DNA of 64,000 bases from Adineta vaga (lineage: Eukaryota > Animalia > Rotifera). The stretch is from positions 5,208,001 to 5,272,000 of the forward strand of contig CP075495.1 in NCBI GenBank assembly GCA_021613535.1. Direction: 5' to 3'. Positions 28,101 to 40,721 of the stretch are shown in pieces (positions within the stretch are counted from its first letter, which is position 1; each line of letters opens with the position of its first letter). The notes under the pieces were generated by a model. That model was given only the letters and a program-made list of their open reading frames with translations, was not told the origin of the DNA and searched no databases. The position numbers and the translations under genes are program-made.

Positions 28101-28816
28101 ATGCAAAACACATCACATAGATAGATTATTAACTTACATAATTTTGGATTAAGTCAGGGTGATCTTTCTCGATACCATCGTCAAGAATTGTTACGACAAC
28201 ATTTTTTCCAGTAAAACCAAGACGCCAGGCGCCAGAAATATTCATTGCACGGCCATGTTCATTCTCATCATGCTATTCAAGAAATAAACATATGTGTTTG
28301 TTGCTCTATATCTGTAAAAGAATCGATGCCACTTACCATATACCATTGTTTATCCCATTCAGGATCATTGAATGTTGATGATAAAAATGATTTCATTCGA
28401 TGATAATACATTACATTACGTTTGACTCGTTTTTTCACCTCTTGCTGTTCAGCCCAATCAATCAATGGATCATGTTGAAGTTCTTTGATAAGATCACGAT
28501 CAGATCCATCTAATGAACGTTTTCGTCGTCGATGAATATTTGCTTGACGAAATACAAAATAATTCTCATTTGGTATAGCCTATGATAAATTTGTAAGAAA
28601 AAAAAACAAATTCAGAAAAATATGATCTTTACATACTTGTCTTTCGAATACTAATTGATATTTTTCTGCTAATAATCGTGCAGCTTGTTCACCATCATTG
28701 ACATGTAAAACAAATTCGTTAGTATATTTGAGATTTTCCAGTTTAACAAACGAGACGATGAGAAGGAGAATTAACTCAACGATAACAATGCTATGACGTG
28801 TAACAACAATACGCAT
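25152..28816 (-). CDS. Furin-like proprotein convertase (subtilisin/kexin S8B + P domain); multi-exon with mutually exclusive exons
   Basis: Signal peptide, prodomain ending KKRVKR, catalytic ILDDGIE / HGTRCAGEV / ASGNGG / HTGTSASAP motifs, P domain ([27 protein letters not shown]), hydrophobic C-terminal tail. Confidence 0.92.
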
Positions 28817-29656
28817 GTCCTCGATAATGTCGCCGAATAACTTTCGGCCATATCACATTGTTCTTTGTCTAGTAGCCACGAGTAGCCCAAGACTTAAATA
28901 TTTAATGATTAATAATATTAAGAATAGAAGAGGAGATCAATTGCCTATCTACAATAGACATACACTTAACAATTATAATAATCGAATAGGAAGAAGAAAA
29001 AAAATGCAAGCATCTTCTATTTCATCACAATTAATTGTCTAGCATTCAGTGTTCAAGTATCATAATTTCTTTCTTTTTCTCTTGTCTTTCTAACGATTAA
29101 GTAGAAGATCTCTCCAGGGGAATCAATATAAAAAGTGAAACATCGAAGAAATTAGATATGACAAGCATACAATCGAACTGAACAAGGCCGTATATCTACT
29201 CGACATACTGAGACCTGTCATTAACCTTATGACTACAAACAATATTGACAGATATATATATTCGAAATATAACTGGATGTGTGTCACTGTTATTATACAT
29301 CGATCGATCACTAAATCTGATAGGTTTTTTTCATCGATGATTGAAAGTCACAACGTTTGATGTTTAAATGGATTATACTTATCTTGACTTATTGACCCAC
29401 ACGTTCATGATAATAAAGATGGATCATATATTTTCTTACGTCAGTGAGAAACAAGAAAAAGACCTTCACATACACACACAGAGGAAATAGTAACACGGAA
29501 TCAATCTACTTCTCGTTAGTGATTTCATATTTATACATGAGAGAAAATCAAGTGATGAGCAATTGCACAAAGAAATAGAATCGGCTCGATCAGCTTTCGT
29601 CTCCCGGTGTGTTTATACTATTAGTTCGTTCTACCTTGCGTCTCTCATTATATTAC

Positions 29657-29706
29657 ATGATAATGATAATGATGATGATGATGATGATGATGATGTTGTT
29701 GTTGAT
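29657..29706. repeat. (GAT)n/(GTT)n microsatellite
   Basis: Directly visible gataatgataatgatgatgatgatgatgatgatgatgttgttgttgat. Confidence 0.9.
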
Positions 29707-32630
29707 GTGCGATTGCTCTACCCGCCGCCATCGCATTCGTCTAATAGAAAATAAAATTACTCATTCACAATGTAAATCATTTTGTAGACTTACTCTTACT
29801 TTCTAAAACATTTTATACAATATCTACAATTGACTTGACACTAATACTTCATCTTTTATTTACTCTTGGAGACGCAAAAAAGAAATATTTAATATGATAA
29901 AACTTTGGTCACAGTAGGCGTGTCAATGTGATGAATAACACATCAGCTATAATTCTTATATAGTTCAATAATCATCTTTCGTTTTTCTTTTCTCTTTTTC
30001 CCTATACTATACACACTCGACATCTGTTACTCGATTTGTCACATATACATACTTGAAAAAGCAACGGACATATTTACGTATTCGATTCTATGTGCATTCG
30101 CGTTCTTCGTTTTCATTCAAACCAGATTTGTTATGTATGCAGTCATCGCTTGATTAGTTCGCTTTCTTCTTTTTCTTCTCTTCTCGATGTCAATAGTTTT
30201 CAAAGGCTAAAAAACATTCATTTGGATAGAAACTTCCGTTTTATTAATGAGATACACTTGTGTCGACTATGTGAAGCTTTTCTGTTCGCGACATTTTGAT
30301 TGACACTAATTACTTTTTTCTCCATTTCTTAGTCATTGAAACAAGGTGTTCTAGCATTCTTTCTATTCAACTTACCAGAATAATCATGAAAGAAAATGTC
30401 CACATGAAGTAATGTGTCGAGTTCATCTAGAAGGCATCCTTTTCTTCTCGTTCTCTGTTTCTTTCTCGTTCTCTCTGTCTCTGTCTCTGTCTCTCTCAAC
30501 GTTTCTCTATTCTCCTGTGTTCAGTATGTCCGATAATGATGTTGGATTAAATACCGATGGATTCGTAGTGTTGGCAGCTGTTCTTGCTCATGAGACACGA
30601 TGACAAGTGAAAGGAATGGATAATAGTAATTGATGAATAGAATTCATTCATCTAGAAAAATATACAAATAAACATACTACTTAAATCTTCAAAACGAGAA
30701 TCATATGCTCGAGGGGAAATCAACTATTGGAAAAAGATCAATCATTGTCGATAAAGAATGAGAGAATAAGAAAGAGCGAGAGAATATTTCCAAAGAGATG
30801 ATTCTCTTATTCATTCATATTCTCATGAGATTGACACGTCGAGACCTTGGTGATGTCGTTCTCATTAACTGCATCCGACTTTCTTAGCTATTCACATCTA
30901 TATACAATTATGGAAAGAGCAAAAGAAGAAGGGAATATGTTCGTCGAAAAGAAGACAAAGAAAGCACAATTAAACAATTGCGTGACTTCAAATATAAGAT
31001 AATATTCGAAATTAAAATTTCATCTGAAGATATAGAAAACTCTTTAACAAGGTCATTTACATTTATCATTTTTCTTCGACATATTGGAAACATCATAGAA
31101 TAGAAACTGATGTTTATATGACGTAATTTTTTACTCAATCGTCAGATATACATATCATTTGTTCATGAGAAATAAGCATTTATCAAAAACAGGTTTTATC
31201 GATAATTCATAAAAGATTCTTTCAGACCTTCAAATATCGATTAAACATGAATGTATTCTATATAAACTACATTATCACTATTGCACATCACTATCGACCT
31301 TGTTTCTACTTAACTACGAATTGGAATAGACTTATATAAGAGAAAAAAAAACAGAGATGTATGTTTGTTTTCTTCGAAGTATAGAGCAAACTTCTATGTC
31401 TCTATTTGATCCTGTACACAAAAAGTATAGACTTTCTCTTGGCCTCCAGGTTTAGAAGAAACGCAAAAGTTATAATTTCAGTGATGTCTTTTCATATACC
31501 GAAAAATACTAACGTCAACTTTTAATAACAAGTGTAATGGTAATAACTTTTCTTGTAAACTTCTCAAGATATGATCTTTATATAGATCTAATTATACAAT
31601 GTAGACACGATTATCTATTCAAATATTATTTTTCTATCGATAAAAAAGATCTAAATTGCATCCCCTAAAGCAAAGCAATTAGAATACACAATGATGCTCC
31701 TTATTTACCAAAGAAAAGAAATGTCTAAACATCAAATATTCAAAATTTCAAGTAGATTCAAACTTATGTTCCTTTCATATCTAGCTCTAATCACTTACAG
31801 ACGGATAGACAGACAGACAAATTTGCGAAAATGTACCGGTCAAATTTCATACACTTCTGTAATTGATAAGACGAAATTTAAAACGAAGTGATATAATACA
31901 TCATCATCCAATTCTTCATCTGATTAAATAACATCTAAAATCAATGAATCTAAATGAAAATAAACAGGCATTCAATATTGATTCCTTTTCTCCCTTTTCC
32001 ACAATACAAGCTTTATTGAAATAGATCTCTTGTTTTCTTTTTTTTTTGATTAACATCTATTCGATTACTGGTCATGTTTATTTTACCAATCCAACAATTT
32101 CACTATCATTACATTTTCGGTGAAGATGAAAATATCTTTCAAAATATTTATTGTTCGATTGTATTTCATCAGATGTCTTATTTTATTATTGTTTTTGCTT
32201 GACAAATTCGGATTTCTTTTCTTACTATAGATGTCGCTTTAATCCAAGAAAAAAACGAATGACGCAAATTCGTTAATTGTGTCTCTTTCTTTTCCGTGAT
32301 ATTTTGTTGTGTAAAAAAATACATATACTGTTGATTTTTGACAATAATCAACTGAGAAGAAGATAAACAAAAAATAATAATAACGGAATATACACACATG
32401 CATCTATTTTCTCGATTGAATACATATATGTATATAAATATATGGACAAAAGACATTGAAGAAAGAGACATATCAGACACGTAGAAGGTGTTTTCAAGAC
32501 AAACATAAGACATAGCGCGTTGTTCGAAAACGAGAAAATAAAGAAACCAAACTCGAATATTCAAAGAACGGATTCTCTATTTCAAACAAAAAAGAGAAAT
32601 TCGCGCCTTTTAACGATGATTTTATTTTCC

Positions 32631-34597
32631 CTAGCCAGACGAAGACGATGATGATGTCGTTGAGTGAACAGAAGCTTGACTTTGGAAAACATTTGATGCT
32701 GATTCATTAGTATTATCATTATCGGATGAATTCATTGTCTTCAGTGGAGAAGGTAGGAAATTTGTTGTCTGAATTTGACATCGACCAAGAGCAGATGGAG
32801 ATGAATGTTTCTGAAGCGCTAAAGATGTTGATTCTGGTTGAAGAAAGTTAAAACAAAGTATTGTATCATCGTGTGAACTTGAAATAATTTGAAATTCATC
32901 GAATTGTAGACGAAATACACGGCCCGTGTGTTCAGTTAATGTTTTTATACAAAGTGATGATGTTTGTGAACGTGGATCAAGTGCTGCTTGTAAATCCCAG
33001 ATTTTTATTTTACCATCATAAGCACCCGAAACAATTCGTTTGGAATCAAAACGAATACATCGAACAAGTTCATCGTGTCCTTCGAGTATACGTAAACAGA
33101 CACCACATTCAATATCCCAAACCTAAATGAAAATTCAATGAATGAAATTCAATGACTTCATCGGAAAATGTTAAGAATATAAACGGAGAGGCGACGATGA
33201 GGAAGAAAAGATAATTAAAATTTTCCTTCTCTTTATTCAAGTATTTCCGATTGAATATAGAAGAAAACTTTCTTTTCTATTCATCTATTGTATTGAACTT
33301 ACTCGAATAGTATTATCTGAAGATCCACTAACAACAATTTTATCTCGATATTGTAGACAAGCAATACCACGTTTATGCCCAAGAAGTGTTCGAACAAATT
33401 CACAAGTTGTCGTATCCTGAAAAAAAAGGAAATAGGCTTTAAAAAAAGAAAAAAAAACATTCAATAATTCATACCCAAACTTTAATTGTTCGATCACCAC
33501 TTGCGCTGACAATATATTTATCATCGAAATCGACGACATTCACAGCAGCACGATGTCCAACTAATACTCGACGAATGGTTATATCGGCTGGAGAATTCAT
33601 TTGCCAAACAGCAATAGAACGATCTTTTGAACATGTGACCATTGTTCCATTGATAAATCGAAGATGAAGTACGGCTTCACAATGATGTAATAATGTATTA
33701 AGTAATTCGCCAGTTTTAACATTCCATACTCGAACAGTGGAATCTGATGAACCAGTAACAATAACTTTTTCGTCATATTGTAAACATAAAACACTTCCGT
33801 TATGTCCTGTTAATACTTGAATACATTCTAAGGATTTTCTATCCCAAATTTTAATGGTATTATCACGAAGACCACTAATAATTTTTTCATCATCATATTG
33901 TAAACAATAAACACCTTTACTACTTTGTGAACGACATTGAATTTTTTCTAATTGAAATGTTCCTGTACGCCAATTACTTTCTAATTGTTTAATATCACAT
34001 AAGATTTGCGGATATAACTGACGATAGAAATCATGTCGTTTAGGTTTTTCATCATTAATTTTCAATTGACGAAATAGATATTTAGACAACCCACGACGAT
34101 CAACTAAACCACGCCATAGTGAATCAGAAAGAAATTTCCGTTCGATTAGTTTTTTCCATAGCATACCTGAGAAGAACGACGAAAACAAAAAGCAAAGAAA
34201 CATTCATCAAATCATTTCATTTTCACTAACCTTCAGATATAACATGATACCATTCACGACAAACAAGTTCTGTTGAACTTAATGATTGATCATCTAAATA
34301 ACCGAGAATCTTTTCAGAAACATGTGCAAGACCATGGAATGCAAGACGTCCAATAAAATCTCGTTTTAACATCGGTAAAAGATATAGATTGACTTGACCA
34401 TGTTGATGACTTTGCATATGTTTCAATAAATTCTCCACAAAACATACTTGTTCATGTTCATTCCATGTGGAAAATGTTTGCATATAATGTTCATTATTTT
34501 GTTCATAAGTAAGTGTTGACGGTGTTTTTGGCGAGATAATATTTACTGGGATAATGTCATCGGGTGATGATGAATTATTAGTTGATAGAAAATTCAT
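32631..34597 (-). CDS. FBXW11: F-box/WD40 protein beta-TrCP (slimb; BTRC/FBXW11); 4 exons
   Basis: D domain ([18 protein letters not shown]), F-box ([19 protein letters not shown]), and WD40 repeats [56 protein letters not shown] and [25 protein letters not shown]. Confidence 0.95.
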
Positions 34598-35587
34598 TGT
34601 CTAAAGCTGTTGAAAGAGTAAGAAAAGATAGAAAGAAAGAAAGAAAAAGAAAAAAAAATAGGCGAACACTAACAAATATCTAAAATGAAAAAGAAAAGTT
34701 GATGAGTTAGTTTAGTAACAATGACGTAAAGGGAGTATAAGAATCGAGAAGATATGCCTTAATTTGTGTCGTTCAATTCATATACGTTCGCCTTCTACAT
34801 TCAACTGAAGGGTTAAAATACACAGAAGAAAAAAAACGAGCTCAACTCAATCAATGTACGTATGTAGTAGTCGTTCTGCGTCTTTCGACGACGGGCATGA
34901 AACACAAACATACAGCGTCATTCTTACTCTTCCTTTCTCTCCTTTAGAAAAAAAAACAACATTGGTAACTATATAAGAAGAGGAAAAAATGAAGGTATAA
35001 GAAGAGGAGAAGAAATGAATGTAGTAATGCTTTTAATATGGACGCAAAAATGACATCATTTAAAAGAATAAAAGAAAAAGAAAAGACGAACAAAGAATTT
35101 AAAAAAAAATAAGAATATCATTTTCCTTTTCTTTTCGTAAATATAAATAAACATTTTTTTCTCTAAAATAAAACAAAACAAAGAAAAGTTGATGTTATGT
35201 TATCTCTTTTTTTATAAAATGTTAATATCAAACAAAAACATAATAAAGATATATCGATCGTGAACTTTTATAAGAACAAAACTACACACACATAAGCACA
35301 CTGTTGTAACATCAGACTCATATTGTCACACAAATAGAAGAAAACAATTAACAAAAAAAAAGAAAAATAAATATTGCTTGTTTAAATATTCAATATCGAA
35401 TATCTAGTAATAAAAAACATCTATAGTAACGACTTTTGTTTTCTTCGTTCATTGTAAATAAATCTTTTGTTTAACACACAACCGAACAACAAAAATATTC
35501 AATTTACACATACAACAGAGATAAACATATATACACAGATAAAGACAAAATAGAAAACTAATATATATATATATGTACATGATCGAT

Positions 35588-37812
35588 TTAAAGAGTCGGA
35601 AAAGCACCGGTAACGAAAGAAGTTCTTCGCGTTATATCCTAAGAATTAAATAAAACATTTTTTTCCATTGTAGTCGTTGGTGATGGATTACATTCGATAT
35701 CCATCAGATGATCATCTTTACCAAAAAATGGTATGGTCGTTGATGATGACTGTTCATGATGATATCGTTGTTGATTAGATAAATCAGCCATTTGTTGTAG
35801 ATGATGGCAATAATCTTGACTTGAAGTTTTTGGTTGAATCGATGCAACTAGATCAGGTGGTGGTAAATGTTGAGAAATATTTAATTCAGATGTAAGATCT
35901 TGTGTATCATCATTATTCACAGTTGACATATCTTCATTATCACTATGAGAATCTGATTTATAAGATGTAGCTGTACTAATTGGTGCACTTTTTTGATGTT
36001 GAAGATTTGTATTTGAACGATGAGGATTCAATCGTGATGATGGATGATGACGAAGACGACGATGATGACGATGTTGACGATGACGTTGTGAAGAAGTTTC
36101 AATAGATGATGCACGACTTTCAGTACATTCACAACTAAATGAAATATAAATGAGATCAAAATTGTAGAGTTCATCTGATTAAATTTACTCGTTAACATGA
36201 TAACAATATTTGTCACTATTGTCATCAGCAAAGAATGACCAGAGAAAATTCACGGCACGATTTGGTGGTGATGCTTCAGTCGTCGTCGTCGTTGATGATG
36301 GACGAAAAACGCCTAAGACTCTAAAGACAAAATGATTTCGTTTTTTAATAGAACAGAAAAATTTCCTGTTAAATTCTCATTACTTTTTCGTCATTGTATA
36401 AGTCAGGTCAATTGGTAACGTAACTGGTAAAGCCATAAATGACCAAACTTTATAAATTTTCGAATCTGTAAAATATCGTCGTATTGGATCTTCTTCTTTT
36501 TGTCTCGCATCAGCAAATACTATTTTCACAGAAGAAACTAATTGTTGCTATAAATTTTTCTCAATTCACTTACCAGCAAATAATGGTGTTGGTAATTCTT
36601 TCTTTCGTGTTACTTTTCCACAATATGGACTAAATGTTACTTCACTACTAGCTGTACTTGATTCATTATCTGAATAATTTGACTCATCATCTGAATATTC
36701 ACCATCATCCATCGATTCTTCATCTTTAGCATCATCTAATTGTTCATACATTTGATTCACATCTTGTGCAATACCACCATTACCCAATTGTTTTTCATCT
36801 TCATTAGCTGGTTCCGTATAATCTGCACCAAGAACAGATGATATTGTTGTTTTTGTACTTAAATGAGTTGAAAGAACCATATCTAAATAAAATTATTCTT
36901 CATTGAAGTATTTTAATACAACAATTTCATGATGAATTACTTCTCGTTTGTAAAAACTTTAAACCATCAATATAACCACGCCAACAGATTTGTTTTAATA
37001 CTGATAAATTTGGTGGAAATAAAGCTCGAGTCATTCGATATAAATTTTCTTGTGTACATGAAATATCTGTGCCTATTTCGACAAGAACAAAAAAAAGAAA
37101 CATTCTTTTTTCGAATAAAATAAGTCTTTTACCACGAAAATCCACACTATAAAATGATCCTGATTCATCTCTTGGACATATATCACTTTCACCAGCAAAT
37201 GGAGAAACTAGAATAGTTCCATTATCAATAATTGGATTGTTATTTGTTAAACCTCCATCCCAATAATACTAAAATGAATAAAATTCCATCACTTTTCTTT
37301 TCTTACTCGACATTTCATCTTACTTCTCCACGAAATTTATGTGGAATTATTCCCGACCAATATGGAACAAAACTGGAACAGATTAATACTTGTATCAATT
37401 CTTCACGTGTATGGAATTGATCGATAACAACATTTTTATTATCTTTCCAACGTGTTAACGATATAAATAAACGTCCAGAACAAATTTCATGTGCATTTGT
37501 TGGTAATATTCTTCGTAAACCATTTCGAATTATATCAACAATACTAAATGTTGGATGTAGTGGACCTAATGCTCGACTTCGTGCACGTATAGCTATTTCA
37601 AGTGCATCGCTACACATTTGTCCTAGACAACACCCACTCATTGCACAAGCAGCAACAAGTGAACCAGCTGAACAGCCAGCCATTTTTCCTTCCAAGACTT
37701 TCGGTGCATGTTCTTTAAATGCACAAATAACACCAATATGATAAACACCCAAAAATCCACATCCGGAAAAAGATAAATTAATTGGGGAAGACGTATTTGA
37801 TTCACAGACCAT
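35588..37812 (-). CDS. PNPLA2: Patatin-like triacylglycerol lipase (PNPLA2/ATGL/brummer); multi-exon
   Basis: LSFSGCGFLGVYHIGV, GCSAG nucleophile elbow, WDGGLTNNNP and SPFAGESDICP; long disordered C-terminus. Confidence 0.9.
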
Positions 37813-39287
37813 TCGTTATAATAATAATATAAGTAAAAATAAATCTATAGTAAAAGAAAGAAATACCTATATACCAGTGCATTTTTACGTCACATTAAGA
37901 AAAAGTACTAATAGTTATCTCGAGAATCTAAAAGAATACACTCTTATTATCTTTGAATCATCTGACGAATAGAATTACAACGTATTTTCTCGTCCTGCTG
38001 AGGGTGTGTGTGGATATATGAAGCACATGACCTTATATCACATTGAATAGGTGTGACTACCAATACCTTTGTCCTTCATGGGTTTGTTAGATAAGAATGA
38101 ATAAATACGAAACTTTTTTTTATCATCAGTCAAAAACATTCGAATACTCTAGAAGGATACTTTTATCTTTCTATATTTCATAAACATAAATATCTTCGAT
38201 CTATTCCTAAACAAAATAGAAGAAAATAATATTGGAAATTTCGCTTCTAGATTACTAATCATAACATAAGGATGAATCACATGTCACATCTTGAGAAGAT
38301 ATTACTATTACTATAATACATATTGAATATAATATAAAAGGAAAATGTTTCTCTGACTGGAACATAACGATAAAGTCAGTAACCAATGAAATAAGAACAG
38401 TCAACCACCTACGTATACACTTCTGAAAGAAAAAAAAGAAAGATGTCATCTGTGTACTTGAATAGATCTCATTCAATGTTTCATTATAAAGTTACTGTTT
38501 CTTGATGTCTTACGAAAACTGAAGTATACAAATCGAATATCAGATCTTTTGTCTATTAAAGAAGTATTCAATCATTATTCTACTGAAAGATTTTTAACGT
38601 GAGAATATGATGATAATTACTTTCACTGTTTTGATTGGTTTTTCATCTACTATTAGAATAGATATGCATGCATGGTTTTTCTATGTGAGTACGTATGTGT
38701 GTGTAAGCAATCGATTCATTCTAGTCATGAAATGACCAATAATGTTTTTCGTTACTTCTAGCTTATCAAAAACCGGCTTTTACCTTGACGTCGAGAGGAA
38801 CAAACATACCAAAACGAATGATTCTACCAATAGCTCCCATAGAAAATCGTCGTATGAAATTACATTATTAATTAATTATCAGTAAAATCACTCCGAGAAG
38901 TCGGTAACTTTTTAATTTTCTTCAATGTTTAATGTTATTTCTAAAATGTTCAATATCTATCTTCCGCTTATACTCAAATCAGTGACATAACATTAAATCA
39001 TGTCAAATTAATATTTCATAGATGCTTTCATACAGATGATATGCTCATTAATAGCAAGGTAAAATAGTTCGACCAACCATTCAATCTGTATTTTTACATT
39101 AACAATACACATTTGAAATTAAATTTTGTATGTATGTATCGATAGCCATACAATGATCATCAATAGAAGTCTCAAATAACGTGATAGACCTTTCTATTTC
39201 TAAATGTGAAGACGAAAAGTAAATTGATGTACGAAAAATGTTAACAATCTATGTACATTTTAATTGTTTTTACAACCGATTCTTGTT

Positions 39288-39318
<31 letters not shown>

Positions 39319-39907
39319 TGTTTTATAATACTACTAGAACGAGAAAGCAATAGAACAAACTATGATTGGTACCATAATAGTTCTAGACATTCGTCAATGT
39401 CAAAAACAGTTGACTCTTTTTTTAGCGTCGATATTATCATATAAAGAACAAAAAGAGAGACATAATGGATTTTGTAACATAAATAGTTCGATTCGTCCAT
39501 AAATAATAGTAACCTTCTACTAGAACTACGAAGAGTTTTTCTTATCATATAACTAATTAATCTGTTCGTTGTTGTGTTCAGACGTTGTCGTTACTTTTTC
39601 TTTGTCGGTCACTGAACGAAAAAAAAAAAACTTCTAACATTGACATGTCTCTTGTCGTCATATGATGACTATACCTATGGGACATATATCAACTGTTTTC
39701 TTTTTCTCTCTCATTTCTCCGTTCTCTTTTTCCTCTAATACATTGTATGAAAGTATAAGACCATGCACAGTAATATACATTTCTTTTCACGTGTAATTTG
39801 ATCGATTTCATTTTTCCTATCAGACATTAAGAAAGGTTTATTCTAAATATTTGATTTTGATTTCAAGCTTATGACTCCATGAATATTCTCAATGTTATTT
39901 TCTGATC

Positions 39908-40693
39908 ATGCAGCAACCAATTTTTTTCTCTTCGATCAAATATCATTATCAATTACGTGTTACTCATGAATTGCAAATTTATATTTTAAAATCATTGAGA
40001 GACCTATTATTCTTAGCACTTGAATTCTTTATTGAAAATACTATGGTACAAGTCATATCAACTCATCGTCATAATCGTATTCCATTACGTGATCTTGGTT
40101 ATGAATTATTAATTAATATCAATGCTGAAGAAATCGTCTTTTTCAATGATCCAATCAGTATCGAACAATTGGCGATTATTTGGGTGTTTTTCTGTTTTCT
40201 CAATGGTAGTAAAGGTTTAACTGTCATTCAGAAAGGTGCACGATGTTTAACTATTGCTCGTTCGATACGTATATGTGTTTTTTCATTAACAATTCTTCCG
40301 TCACCAAAACCTTGGTGTCATTTTACTGGTCCTATCAATCCATTCCGAGCACGTGTCGGTGGTGTTTGCAATGATTTACTCTATAGTGGACATGTAGTTA
40401 TCTATACATTAACAGCAATTTCATTTACAATCTTATCTCGAGAATATTCAATGAAACTCTTACGATATGGTCTTCGAATTTTCATTTGGTTCTACATATT
40501 TCAACGAATTCTATGTACAATATTAGAACGACATCATTATTCTATAGATATGTTTCTAGGTTTTATTGTAACGTTATTAATATGGCAATGTAAACCATTA
40601 CACATAGATTTACCCAAAGTACCACACAATTTATTTTTACATTTAAAACAGTTGATGTTTCCTAAAGTTCGTTCGATTCTCAAAGAAGTCTAG
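39908..40693 (+). CDS. Sphingomyelin/IPC synthase-like PAP2-superfamily membrane enzyme, intronless CDS
   Basis: LRDLGY, TILPSPKPWC, GGVCNDLLYSGH and ERHHYSIDM catalytic motifs; multiple TMs. Confidence 0.8.
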   Translation: MQQPIFFSSIKYHYQLRVTHELQIYILKSLRDLLFLALEFFIENTMVQVISTHRHNRIPLRDLGYELLININAEEIVFFNDPISIEQLAIIWVFFCFLNGSKGLTVIQKGARCLTIARSIRICVFSLTILPSPKPWCHFTGPINPFRARVGGVCNDLLYSGHVVIYTLTAISFTILSREYSMKLLRYGLRIFIWFYIFQRILCTILERHHYSIDMFLGFIVTLLIWQCKPLHIDLPKVPHNLFLHLKQLMFPKVRSILKEV

Positions 40694-40721
40694 AATTGAA
40701 TGAGAGACAATGCATGATTGA

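Noticed and set aside
28817-32630. 3.8-kb gene-free interval with several 60-128 aa ORFs
   Set aside because: The ORFs are low-complexity F/I/L/S-rich with no motifs or consistent splice structure. No transposase, terminal repeats or RNA gene is visible. It is probably convertase regulatory/5' UTR sequence and beta-TrCP 3' UTR.
14387-40693. Apparent enrichment of lipid genes (App1-type PAP, ELOVL, PNPLA2, SMS-like, MOSPD2) as a metabolic cluster
   Set aside because: They are interspersed with many unrelated housekeeping genes, and no shared regulatory motif was seen.
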